48,000 bases of DNA, taken from Dolichospermum sp. DET69 (GTDB lineage Bacteria; Cyanobacteriota; Cyanobacteriia; Cyanobacteriales; Nostocaceae). The DNA is taken from assembly GCA_017355425.1 (NCBI GenBank), contig CP070233.1, positions 5,341,272 to 5,389,271 of the forward strand, in the 5' to 3' direction. Shown here piece by piece: positions 17,676-27,683 of this stretch. Position numbers and translations under genes: made by a program. The stretch's first letter is position 1. Every line of letters begins with the position of its first letter. The notes under the pieces are model-generated. The model was not told where the DNA came from. It ran no database searches and saw only the letters and a list, made by a program, of their open reading frames with translations.

Positions 17676-19184
17676 TTAGGCAAGAGTCAAGAAACCAGTT
17701 TGCACTAAATAGGATGTATAAGTCATCAACAATTGAGAATCAATAGGAGGACAAACAATAGAACTGCCTTTTAGTGCTTCTAGAGTTTCTTCACAACTAA
17801 TAATTGGTCTTCTAGCTTGTAAATACAAATCAGGAATAGTGATTTGTTCATCAGACCAACGTTCTAGTAAAAACGGACGCAAAGTGTATAAAGGATTATC
17901 TTGAGATGTCACATTATTAATTAACTCTGCTTGCCATTCTTCGTAGGGAATCATCTTCAATGAAAATCCAAAAGAACGCACCCAATCAACCAAAGATTTT
18001 AAGGAAGCAGGTTGAGGATGTTGTAAGTGAAAAGCCTTACCTACAGATGTTTCTTGTCGAGAAAGATAAACAACAGATTTGCTCACATAATCAACAGGAG
18101 ACATATCTAACATATAATCTACATCAGGAAAAGATCCCATTTGTAGACAACCTTTAATCATCAAATTGATAAAGTCATGGGTATTACAAATCCCAGTTTT
18201 GCTATCTCCAGAAATTAAAGGAGGTCGGTGAATAGTAATAGGTAATCCTCGACTACCAGCAATTTTCACTAATTTTTCCGACACCCATTTAGTTTGGGAA
18301 TAACCGAGAAAAATGCCTTCCCAGTCATCAAAACTATCCTGCTCTTTAACTACCTGACCAGCATAGGCACTTGACTCAAATACAGCCACACTAGAAACAT
18401 AATGCAATGGCTTCACTTTCGTTTGACAAGCTAAACGCAAAACTTCCTGTGTCCCTAAAACATTGGCTGTTTTTAATGCTGAGTAAGGATAAACATAATT
18501 CAGTAAAGCTGCACTATGATAAATAGTATCAATATTAGCGGCTAAACTTTCAAATTGTTCTGCACCAATTCCCAAATGTGGCTGTGCTAAATCACCAATG
18601 ATAGGGATAATACGGCTACTATATTCATCTTGCCAAATTCCATATTGTTGCAAATTATTTTCTAATTTGCTTTTACCTTCTTCCACATTACTAGCACGAA
18701 CCAAGCAATAAAGAGTTGCTTCAGATACTTCTAGCAATTCCTTGATGATAAAAGCCCCTAAATAACCCGTTCCTCCGGTTAAAAAGATATTTTTGGGGTT
18801 AGTGATAAAAACTGTATTACCTACAGGTTGAATAGTAGGGTCTAGGACAGCTTCCGCAGCTAAATCTAGAAGAGGAGGAGCAAAACTAACAGGGGAATTT
18901 GTCCCTGAATCTTTTGCTTGAGAATCATCAGTTGATTCTTCTGACAACCGTTGAGAAAGGGCTGCAATATTGGGATAATGCCAAAGTAAAATAGGAGAGG
19001 GTTTAAATCCTAGTAATTCTTCTAATTTACTAATGATCATCATGGCTTGAGCGGAATCCAAACCATAATTTTCTAAATTTTCATTAACATCAATTTCTGC
19101 GGTTTCTACTCCGACAACTTCCGCGAGATGAGAAACTAGAAATGCTTGAATACTTTCAGCATTATAAGACTGTTTTAAACTCAT
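17676..19184 (-). CDS. hglB: HglB/HetM: acyl-carrier domain fused to a thioester reductase (terminal reductive release)
   Basis: 502 aa. N-terminal carrier domain ([13 protein letters not shown]). The reductase part has [15 protein letters not shown] (NAD(P) binding) and YSQTK (YxxxK). Its start is 2 nt after the hglA stop. Confidence 0.85.
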   Translation of the reverse strand: MSLKQSYNAESIQAFLVSHLAEVVGVETAEIDVNENLENYGLDSAQAMMIISKLEELLGFKPSPILLWHYPNIAALSQRLSEESTDDSQAKDSGTNSPVSFAPPLLDLAAEAVLDPTIQPVGNTVFITNPKNIFLTGGTGYLGAFIIKELLEVSEATLYCLVRASNVEEGKSKLENNLQQYGIWQDEYSSRIIPIIGDLAQPHLGIGAEQFESLAANIDTIYHSAALLNYVYPYSALKTANVLGTQEVLRLACQTKVKPLHYVSSVAVFESSAYAGQVVKEQDSFDDWEGIFLGYSQTKWVSEKLVKIAGSRGLPITIHRPPLISGDSKTGICNTHDFINLMIKGCLQMGSFPDVDYMLDMSPVDYVSKSVVYLSRQETSVGKAFHLQHPQPASLKSLVDWVRSFGFSLKMIPYEEWQAELINNVTSQDNPLYTLRPFLLERWSDEQITIPDLYLQARRPIISCEETLEALKGSSIVCPPIDSQLLMTYTSYLVQTGFLTLA

Positions 19185-19186
19185 TT

Positions 19187-20854
19187 TTACTTCTCCAATA
19201 TAGAAGGAATTGGTTGATATTGACTGTAATAAGCAGGCATTTGCAAACCTTGCATTTTTAAACTGTGGCTGCGATATAAAAACCCAGCCCCTTTCATAAT
19301 TTGGTTAGCAACATCAACAACATGACGATGATTAGGTTCTGACAAATATGAACCACGTACCCAGTCATTGAAGCCACCCATAGCTGGTCCACACCAAATT
19401 TGATAATCAACTTCCCGACCTTTTTCACCAGTGCTAGACCAGCGGGAAGATAATCCTAAATACCAGCGAAAGATTACAGCCATTTTGAGTTTAGGATTGT
19501 TAACAGCTTTCCCCAATTTTTCTGGATTCTTTTGGGATAAATAAGCCGCTGCACCTTCCCAAACTTCTGCAAGACTTTTACGGAAAATTTGTTTTTCTAA
19601 CTTATCTTTTTCTGCTTGCGGAATCTGTTCAATAGAGTCGTAAGTGCGATATAATTCATACAATTTTTGCGCTCGCATGGGAAACATTGTCCCCCGTTTG
19701 AGAACTTGTAATTTCACTCCCATTTCAAACATATCGGCTGCGGGAGCCATAATCATATCCGCCATTTCTGCTTGTGCTAATAACTTTTTAGTATGTTCAC
19801 AAGCACCAGACTCAACACAAGATTGATTAATTGAACCAGTCATTATATAAGCAGCACCCATCATAAAACCAGCTAAAGCTGATTCTGGTGTGCCAATTCC
19901 TCCAGCTACTCCAATCCTAATAGGAACTGAGTAATTATATTGAGCTTGAGTTCCATCTCTGAGCGCAATAATTGAAGGTAATAAACATACTAAAGGACGA
20001 TTATCTGTATGACCACCAGAGTCAGCTTCAACAGTAATATCATCAGCCATGGGCACTTGACTAGCCAAATTGGCTTGTAATTCAGTAATTAGTCCTTGCT
20101 GAATTAATTCTTTGAGAATTCGTTCTGGTGCGGGTTGCAAAAATTTAGTAGCAACTTCCCGTCGGGAAACTTTAGCTATTACCTTATTTCTGATATCAAT
20201 TTGGTTAGCTGCATTCAATCTTAACCCAGCAACTCGATAATAAACAATATTCGGAGTTAAGTCTAAAAATGCTGATGCTTCTACTGTTCTGACACCATAT
20301 TTTAGATATAAATCTACAGCCCGGCGTTCAATAGCTGGTTCGTTAGGACTGTGAATTAAATTGAACGCGTAGGGTCCATCGGGTAACGCTTGTTGAATAT
20401 TATTAATCGCAGATTCTAAGCGTTCTGGAAGTAAACCACCTGCACCAAAGGAACTTAAAATTTTCTCTTTTCCTAGGGCAATTACCATTTCTTCAGAAGA
20501 AATACCTCCAGCCATTGCTCCCGTCATATAGGCATATTTTACACCATAAGCAGCAAGAAAACTAGAATCCCCAAGTTGTTGTAACCGTAGGGGTGGAAGT
20601 GATATTAAAAGTTCTGCTTGTCCAGATACACTATCATCAGCAGGTGCTAAATAGCCATCATTAGTAGCACCAATTTTTCCGGCTATTTTAATGAGATAAC
20701 AAGGTTTATCTAATGTTAAAAGTTTATCTTTGATAGCACTTTTTTCAAAGCTAACACAATCTAATGAACCTTTCCAAACTTGGTTTTGATGATTACAGGT
20801 AAAAAAACCAAGCCCATTATCATGTTTATTTAGTACCGTCTCGATTGTTGTCAC
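19187..20854 (-). CDS. hglA: HglA: PfaD-type FMN enoyl reductase
   Basis: 555 aa. PfaD/nitronate-monooxygenase-like blocks ([35 protein letters not shown]). GTG start with gagga upstream. Confidence 0.85.
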   Translation of the reverse strand: MTTIETVLNKHDNGLGFFTCNHQNQVWKGSLDCVSFEKSAIKDKLLTLDKPCYLIKIAGKIGATNDGYLAPADDSVSGQAELLISLPPLRLQQLGDSSFLAAYGVKYAYMTGAMAGGISSEEMVIALGKEKILSSFGAGGLLPERLESAINNIQQALPDGPYAFNLIHSPNEPAIERRAVDLYLKYGVRTVEASAFLDLTPNIVYYRVAGLRLNAANQIDIRNKVIAKVSRREVATKFLQPAPERILKELIQQGLITELQANLASQVPMADDITVEADSGGHTDNRPLVCLLPSIIALRDGTQAQYNYSVPIRIGVAGGIGTPESALAGFMMGAAYIMTGSINQSCVESGACEHTKKLLAQAEMADMIMAPAADMFEMGVKLQVLKRGTMFPMRAQKLYELYRTYDSIEQIPQAEKDKLEKQIFRKSLAEVWEGAAAYLSQKNPEKLGKAVNNPKLKMAVIFRWYLGLSSRWSSTGEKGREVDYQIWCGPAMGGFNDWVRGSYLSEPNHRHVVDVANQIMKGAGFLYRSHSLKMQGLQMPAYYSQYQPIPSILEK

Positions 20855-20965
20855 GGTAATTATTCCTCAAATAAAAAAAAGTTGAGAATGAAGAATTTAG
20901 CTCACGCAAAGGCGCAGAGGCGCAAAGAAAGAGAGTAAATACAATTTCTATTAAATTTTTTCTTC

Positions 20966-20995
20966 CCTCTGTGTCCTCTGTGCCTCTGTGGTTCG
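20966..20995. repeat. Dispersed short repeat with core GAACCACAGAGGCACAGAG
   Basis: cctctgtgtcctctgtgcctctgtggttcg here is the inverse of cgaaccacagaggcacagagaacacagagag at 11490-11520. Related GAACCACGAAGGAGCG-type copies lie at about 25843 and 42040-42062. Confidence 0.7.
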
Positions 20996-21029
20996 TTTAA
21001 AAAAGAGCTTTAAGCTCAACCCAAGTGCA

Positions 21030-24000
21030 TTATTTCTCTTCGTTAAGCAAATTTTGAGCGCAAGCTAATTGCAATTGAATGATTTCGCTCATTTGCTGAC
21101 TAAAATCTTGTCTAGCTGTTAAAAAACTTGTGTGCGTTTTAGTTAATTTGGCAGTGTTGTTACTCAGTTTTTGATACTGAGAAATTTTTAAATCATTCAT
21201 GCTAACTTTTTCACCAGATTCTTGATTTATATTTTGCTTGAGGATTTTAGTTGACTCAAAGAATTTTAGTTTCTTTGACAATTCCAAACCGTTCTCCATG
21301 ATAGTTTTCATGGTATTTTTTGCTAGTTTAGGTTGGGGTTTGGGGTAAATGTCTGTAGGGGCTATTTTCTCCGATGTTTGTAAGGAATTGATGATTTTAT
21401 ACTCTTGATGAGTAAAAATTGTTTGCTTTTGGTTATTAGCAAAAATTTGCCGATTTTCTGCATTTAAAATTGCAGAAGTCATGGAATTACCACCTAAAGT
21501 AACTGTCCTCAGTGCAGCTTTTTTCTGTTGTGTATTTTCTGAGGATAAGTTATACAAAGGAGTTAGATTCACATTTACTTGATGACTCAATAGTTTTGCT
21601 AATGCTTTAATTAGGGAACTATGGTCATCTGTGCCGCGTCGGTTTAGGGATACGGTAAGATGTTCTTGATTACCCAGATTTTTATCTATCCAGCGTGAAC
21701 AAATACCACCAGCACCGGCTTCAATAAAGATTTTTGCTCCGTCAGCATAGACGCGATTAACTAAGCGGGGAAAGTCGAGTTGTTGACATAATCCTGTGGC
21801 AATATTGTGGGCAATTTGTTGGCTATCAATTTCAATTGATTGATATTCAGCAGCGGAGTAAAACTTGACTCCGGGGATTTTTTGCGCTGGTATAGTGTAT
21901 AGTTTTTCCAATTCTTGAGACTCTGATTTCATTGCTTGACAATGAATTACATGATCAAAAGGAGCAGGAAAAGAATTACAACCCAGGGTTTTAATCACTC
22001 GTCCACAAGCTGCGGGATCTCCAGCAATTAATACTTCTTCTGGTGTATTAATCTGTGTTAAGTAAACGCGAGTTTCATTTTTTAAACATTCTCTGACTTG
22101 CTCAGGACTAGCCATAAGAACGTAATTACTCCACAACTTATTCTCTGGAGTTGTGGCAGTTTTTGGTAGTCCCCAATACTCACGCACAGCATTTTTAGAA
22201 CCTGATAATCTATCTCCAAATAAAGCTGATGAATTAAAGGTGTGACTAACTTCATAAAAATTGCTCCATACTCCTTGAGCAACCATCATGCTAGTTTCAC
22301 CTAAGCTATATCCGAAAATATATTTGGGTTTAATTTGAAAATCTTCGGTAATAATTGTGGAGATTAATCTGGTAAAAAGCACTTCGGCTTCAAACATTGC
22401 TAATGAATCAGCCAACAATTTCTTTTCTAGAGTTTCCAATTGTCGAGTTGATAATTTACTTAAACTTCTAGGAAATACCAGTTTTTCAACATCGGCTGCC
22501 CGTTCGTCAAGACTTTTGATAATTACATCATCTAAGACTTTAGGAAATAGCCGGAAAAGACTCCGACCGATACCCAGATAAGTATTGACAGCAGCGGGAT
22601 AAACAAAGGCTATTTCTCCATCTTTACCCAATGGTTTTGGTGTAAAATAACTACCTATGGGAGTCTGCCAATCTTTACCATTTGCAAAGGCATTAGTTAC
22701 ACCTTTTTTAGCAGAATTAATTTCTTTAATTAATTCTTTTTGGTTACGTCCAGTCAGAGATAAGGTATATTTTGGCTGAGAATGTTGTTGAAATTTAACA
22801 AAGGTTTGACTAGCAATATTTTTGAGAGAATCAGCATTTTCAATTGTTTGTTGCAAATGATCCAATGCTACTAATAAGCTAGATTGATCATCTGCTGCAA
22901 TGGGTAACAAATGCAAAGGTCTTGATTCTAGGTATGTGCTAATGCGTTCTGGTTGTTGGATTTCTTCTGATAAGATGACATGAGCAAAAGAACCGTCACA
23001 ACCAATACTATTAATCGCCGAAATTCGAGATTTGACCTCTTTTTGCAAGAACCAAGGTCTGGATTCCGTCGCAACATAGAAAGGACTGCCTTCCCATACT
23101 TGCGGTGTTTTAACACCAGACCAATTAGGAGTTCCTGGAATATATCTGTGATAAATACTCAGTGCAGTTTTAATTAAACTGGCAATTCCTGATGCAACGA
23201 AGGTATGACCAATATTAGATTTAATGCTACCTATAGCGCAGTGTAAACCATCTCCAACTTGAGGATAAGCTTGCAGGATACCGTTAATTTCGGCTTCGTC
23301 TTCTGCGGGAATACCACTAGCGCAGACTTCTAAATAGTTGACTTTTGTGGGTTCAATCCCTGCTTGTTGAAAAGCCTGTTGACAGACTTGAGTAATGGTA
23401 TTGCTATCTACAGCCATTGAGGGAGATTGACCAATGCTAATACCATCAATTACTGCATAGATACGTTCATTGTTGTTTAATGCCGTATCATGACGTTTGA
23501 GAACAACTGCACCGGCACCTTCTCCCACATTCCAACCATTAGCTTTTTCGTCAAAACTTAAAGTATTGACTCCTGTATTAATTTTTCCAAATTGACTTCG
23601 CAGTAATACATTTTCTACACCTCCTGCTAAGTCAACAGCACCGACAACTACAGCATCTACTTCATTAGTATCAAGTAGCATTTGCGCGAGTTCTAAAGCT
23701 TTAAAAGCGGCAGTTTCGACGGCACTAATTGTGAAAGATGGGCCTGAGAAATTCCATAAAGAAGAAATCCGGCTGGCCATAATGTTGGTAACATAACTGA
23801 GATATTCACTAAGTTCAACTTGATTATGAATACTATCTTGAACAATGCCTTCTAATTGATGGATTTTTTCTGGTGATAAAGCAATTTCTGCACCATTCAA
23901 ACCATCTTTAATTTGCCAAGATGAATTCCATCTTTGCTGTAGTTGGTGTACAGATAATTCTGTATCTGCGGCGATAATTACCGCTACATTGCTATTAGGT

Positions 24001-24344
24001 GAAATATTCGCATCTTTGAGGGCGCGGTCAGCAACTCTTAATAATAAAAGTTGTTGAGAGTTGATTTTTTCAACTTCATTAGGAGGTATCTTGTAACCTA
24101 AAGTATCAACTTCAAAATTATCAATATACGCTCCTTGTGGTACTTTTCCAGCTTCTAAACCATACTCTCGCAGTAAAGTTTCTTGCTCATTAATCCCATG
24201 CCATCTGGATTCTGGCAGAGGAATAAAATGCTGTTTTCCGTCATAAATACTGCTCTCAAAAGCATCTAATTCTTGACATTCACCAAAGAAGGCATCCATG
24301 CCCACAATTGCCATTTTTGCAGTCAGATTTTGCTCAATATTCAT
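21030..24344 (-). CDS. hglC: HglC: KS-like chain-length-factor domain fused to an acyltransferase-like domain
   Basis: 1104 aa. The N-terminal KS fold lacks the active-site Cys (GPSFTISAVETAAFKAL, with Glu where KS has Cys) but retains GSIKSNIGHT. The central GYSLGETSMM is an AT-type GxSxG. Its start is 4 nt after the hglD stop. Confidence 0.85.
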   Translation of the reverse strand: MNIEQNLTAKMAIVGMDAFFGECQELDAFESSIYDGKQHFIPLPESRWHGINEQETLLREYGLEAGKVPQGAYIDNFEVDTLGYKIPPNEVEKINSQQLLLLRVADRALKDANISPNSNVAVIIAADTELSVHQLQQRWNSSWQIKDGLNGAEIALSPEKIHQLEGIVQDSIHNQVELSEYLSYVTNIMASRISSLWNFSGPSFTISAVETAAFKALELAQMLLDTNEVDAVVVGAVDLAGGVENVLLRSQFGKINTGVNTLSFDEKANGWNVGEGAGAVVLKRHDTALNNNERIYAVIDGISIGQSPSMAVDSNTITQVCQQAFQQAGIEPTKVNYLEVCASGIPAEDEAEINGILQAYPQVGDGLHCAIGSIKSNIGHTFVASGIASLIKTALSIYHRYIPGTPNWSGVKTPQVWEGSPFYVATESRPWFLQKEVKSRISAINSIGCDGSFAHVILSEEIQQPERISTYLESRPLHLLPIAADDQSSLLVALDHLQQTIENADSLKNIASQTFVKFQQHSQPKYTLSLTGRNQKELIKEINSAKKGVTNAFANGKDWQTPIGSYFTPKPLGKDGEIAFVYPAAVNTYLGIGRSLFRLFPKVLDDVIIKSLDERAADVEKLVFPRSLSKLSTRQLETLEKKLLADSLAMFEAEVLFTRLISTIITEDFQIKPKYIFGYSLGETSMMVAQGVWSNFYEVSHTFNSSALFGDRLSGSKNAVREYWGLPKTATTPENKLWSNYVLMASPEQVRECLKNETRVYLTQINTPEEVLIAGDPAACGRVIKTLGCNSFPAPFDHVIHCQAMKSESQELEKLYTIPAQKIPGVKFYSAAEYQSIEIDSQQIAHNIATGLCQQLDFPRLVNRVYADGAKIFIEAGAGGICSRWIDKNLGNQEHLTVSLNRRGTDDHSSLIKALAKLLSHQVNVNLTPLYNLSSENTQQKKAALRTVTLGGNSMTSAILNAENRQIFANNQKQTIFTHQEYKIINSLQTSEKIAPTDIYPKPQPKLAKNTMKTIMENGLELSKKLKFFESTKILKQNINQESGEKVSMNDLKISQYQKLSNNTAKLTKTHTSFLTARQDFSQQMSEIIQLQLACAQNLLNEEK

Positions 24345-24348
24345 TTGC

Positions 24349-25716
24349 TTACTTCCCCTGTTCTAGAATGATGTGAGAGTTTGTTCCACCAAAACCAAAT
24401 GCACTTAAAGCTACTCTTTTAGTTTCTTGACTCGGCCATTTAGTAGGCGTTCTGACAATGTTTTTTGGAGAGACAACATTATTTTCAGAACCTATGGGTT
24501 GAGTCACATTAATAGTGGGAGGAATAACGCCATGAGACATACTTAAAATTGTCTTGGTTATCCCCACCATGCCCGCAGCAACAAGTAAATGACCAACATT
24601 TGTTTTAGTTGAACCTACTAAAGGTGCTGCTTGATATGGACTAAAAAAGCCTTCAATGGAGTTACATTCGGTGGTATCTCCCAATAGAGTGCCAGTAGCA
24701 TGACACTCTAAATAATCAATTGTTTGGGGGTTAAGTTTAGCTTCTGAATAAGCTCTTTGATATGCCAGAGTTTGCCCTTGAGGATTAGGACTAAGAAGAT
24801 GTTTACCTTTACCATCATTAGATAAACCATTACCACAAATTGTTGCCAGAATTTTATCCCCATCTCTAACAGCATCACTATATCTTTTGAGCATTACCAT
24901 TCCTATGCCTTCGGAGGTAATTAACCCGCGTGATGACTTGTCAAGAGGACGACTAATACCATTATCGGGATATCCTTGAATCCCAGAAAATAACATTCTG
25001 ATAAATAATGGATCTGAACAACTAATAGCACCAGCTAACATCAAATCAGCTTTGCCAGATTGCAGATAATGGGATGCTAATTTAATGGCATAAAATGATG
25101 AGGAACAAGCAGCATCTATAGAGAAATGAGTTGGAGACAGAGAGAATGCTTTGGAAACTATAGCAGCAGGTAAACCTGAAACCATAGCATTGTATGGAGA
25201 GACTTTTTGAGAGGTGGATAAACCCCCTAAACGAAAATCTTTTTCCTGTAAAAGTTCACCAATTGCAGGTTCAATATTTTGCTGATAAATAGGAGCAAAT
25301 AATTGATTAGATGCTTTCGTTGGTAATCCCAGAGTTCCTAAAATGACTCCACATTTTGCCAGTGCAGTTTGATTTCCCCAATAACCACTTTGAACAATGG
25401 CTTGTTTTGCAGCGTACAATGACCATTTGAAGGTGTTATCTAAGCTTTCTAGAAATGATTCAGGTAAATTATATTCATTAGCATCAAACTTAAAGTTGCG
25501 GATAAATCCACCTTTTGAAAAGTAGAATTTTTCCGGTTTACCTTTATTAGAATCGTAGAATATAGCGGGATCTATTCCCAAATCCGCTATAGTTATAGAT
25601 GATGTGGAATCTTTTTCTTCGGTAAGATTCTGCCAAAATTCTTCAGGATTATGAGCATCGGGAAATAGGCAAGATAACCCGATGATTGCTATTTTTTCCA
25701 CTTTTGAAATCCTCAT
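24349..25716 (-). CDS. hglD: HglD: beta-ketoacyl synthase
   Basis: 455 aa. Complete catalytic triad context: IDAACSSSFYAIKLA, ECHATGTLLGD, GSTKTNVGHLLVAAG. Confidence 0.9.
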   Translation of the reverse strand: MRISKVEKIAIIGLSCLFPDAHNPEEFWQNLTEEKDSTSSITIADLGIDPAIFYDSNKGKPEKFYFSKGGFIRNFKFDANEYNLPESFLESLDNTFKWSLYAAKQAIVQSGYWGNQTALAKCGVILGTLGLPTKASNQLFAPIYQQNIEPAIGELLQEKDFRLGGLSTSQKVSPYNAMVSGLPAAIVSKAFSLSPTHFSIDAACSSSFYAIKLASHYLQSGKADLMLAGAISCSDPLFIRMLFSGIQGYPDNGISRPLDKSSRGLITSEGIGMVMLKRYSDAVRDGDKILATICGNGLSNDGKGKHLLSPNPQGQTLAYQRAYSEAKLNPQTIDYLECHATGTLLGDTTECNSIEGFFSPYQAAPLVGSTKTNVGHLLVAAGMVGITKTILSMSHGVIPPTINVTQPIGSENNVVSPKNIVRTPTKWPSQETKRVALSAFGFGGTNSHIILEQGK

Positions 25717-25928
25717 TGGGGGATGAGGGAAAGAGATATTTTTTACTCTGTTCCCTATGTTATTTAGGATTTACGCGATTCCCCAATGTTTATGGATTTA
25801 TGGACGCAGGAAGATAATTAAGAGAAATTAACCACGAAGGAGCGTTCGCGGAGCGTCTCGTAGAGATAGGACACGAAGGAAGAAAGGAAGAAGAAGAGAA
25901 CAGAAGAAAGAAAATAAATTGTGGTTTT

Positions 25929-27659
25929 TTACTTCTTATTTAACATTTTCATTGGCCAAATTACGGCTTTTGCTCCTAAGATTTTGGAGTAGATTTTTCC
26001 TTCACGATTATGGATAATGAAGTTGACGGTTGCTCCAGTGTCAGTTTTAGCAATGATTTCACAGGAAACATAAAAGGGGACGTTAAATGGCACTGCTAAA
26101 TATTGTTCACAGTATGTTAATTGTCCTGGTAAACAAACTTCTTGATGGATATGATTTAACCATAGCCATAATGTTTGGGTACTCAAGTCAATGATATAAG
26201 GATTGTGCCATTTGACGGGAAATTGTCCTTGTTGTTGAGGGGTGATTTCTTGCCAGCAACATTCGGCTGTGAGTTTTTCAGAACTAATGTTTAAAACTCT
26301 GGTAATTTCTTGGAATGCTGGTCCATGAAATAAGGATAAATCACCATTTTGATAGAATCCTTTACCTGTGGTTGTGACAATATTATCTTCTCTGAGATCC
26401 ATTGCTTCATAAATGGGTGCTTCTGGCATATTTTTTACCAGTTTTATCAGAGAACTGAAATGATAATGAGTTTTACCTTCAGGTGTTTTACTCCATATTT
26501 TGGTCTGAAATTCTACAAAATCACCATCGCTTTTGGCAACTTCTTTGATTTCTAAAATATGTTCTTTAGCTAGGGTAGCATTAAAGGTAATTCCTTTTAA
26601 AACTTTGAAGTCTTGACAACTAAAATATGTATACCCTGGATAAATTTCTTCACAACCATTAACCATCCATGATTTAGCACAGGTAGCGGGTAATACGGGT
26701 GATCCTGCAATTGTATGATCATGCAAAAATGGATTTTCTGCTAATGTCATCCGTCGTCTAATTCGGTAGCTCCGCAGTTCTGAACCTAAAGGAGCAGGTG
26801 GTAATTTCATGGGGCTACCAATGACAACTTGAGCATCATTAGTGTAGAGAGGATGTAGTTCATTAACTAACATTTGTGTGCCAACTTCTATAGGGATAAT
26901 ATCAATTCCTCTTTCTGCAAATGCTTTTTTTAATTGTGGTGTTACCATACCACTATCCCAACCACCCCAGTTAATTGCCACTACATGACAATTAGGGTTA
27001 TATTGTTTCATTAAGTGGGCTGATTTACTCAGAATTTCGTTGGCTATAGCATAGTCACTTTGACCAATATTCCCATAAAAACCAGTCACTGAAGAAAACA
27101 ATACTAAATGTTCTAATTGTTGGGGATTAACACAACTGAGGAGATTTTCTAAACCCTGAACTTTAGCTGTGTAAACTTTCTCAAAATCATCTTCTGTCTT
27201 TTTTTCAATTAATTTATCTGCTAAGTTACCAGCACCGTGAATAATCCCGGTAATTTGACCAGTTTTTTGAGATATTTCCTGGAGTTTTGCTTTCAATTTT
27301 ACGGTATCAGTGACATCAACGCTGATATATTCAGCCGTTCCTCCTGCTGCTTCAATAGCTGCTAAGGTCTTTTTAATTTCTCGACTAGAATTAATTTGAT
27401 TAAATATCTTTTGTACCATTATGGGTGTTGGTTTCTCTCCTTGAGAAATCAACTTTTCCATGATGCGCTTTTTTAAGGCTGAATCTTCTAAACAATCCCG
27501 AACATATTCTGGTTCTGTGGTAATTTCTGAACGACCTAAAAGAATAAATTTACAAGGTTGTTCTTGTGCTAATTTAATTGTACATTGAGCAGTGATTCCC
27601 TTTGCGCCACCACTGACAACAAAGACAGAAGATGGTCTAACTTGAACGGTTGCAGTCAT
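25929..27659 (-). CDS. hglG: HglG: ketoreductase (catalytic half) fused to a polyketide-type dehydratase
   Basis: 576 aa. VVSGGAKGITAQ Rossmann motif, SSVTGFYGNIGQSDYAIAN (KR Ser/Tyr/Asn), then HDHTIAGSPVLP, the HxxxGxxxxP hot-dog DH motif. It is the gene immediately upstream of hglD, as in PCC 7120. Confidence 0.8.
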   Translation of the reverse strand: MTATVQVRPSSVFVVSGGAKGITAQCTIKLAQEQPCKFILLGRSEITTEPEYVRDCLEDSALKKRIMEKLISQGEKPTPIMVQKIFNQINSSREIKKTLAAIEAAGGTAEYISVDVTDTVKLKAKLQEISQKTGQITGIIHGAGNLADKLIEKKTEDDFEKVYTAKVQGLENLLSCVNPQQLEHLVLFSSVTGFYGNIGQSDYAIANEILSKSAHLMKQYNPNCHVVAINWGGWDSGMVTPQLKKAFAERGIDIIPIEVGTQMLVNELHPLYTNDAQVVIGSPMKLPPAPLGSELRSYRIRRRMTLAENPFLHDHTIAGSPVLPATCAKSWMVNGCEEIYPGYTYFSCQDFKVLKGITFNATLAKEHILEIKEVAKSDGDFVEFQTKIWSKTPEGKTHYHFSSLIKLVKNMPEAPIYEAMDLREDNIVTTTGKGFYQNGDLSLFHGPAFQEITRVLNISSEKLTAECCWQEITPQQQGQFPVKWHNPYIIDLSTQTLWLWLNHIHQEVCLPGQLTYCEQYLAVPFNVPFYVSCEIIAKTDTGATVNFIIHNREGKIYSKILGAKAVIWPMKMLNKK

Positions 27660-27683
27660 AACTATGATTTTTGTGATTAAATA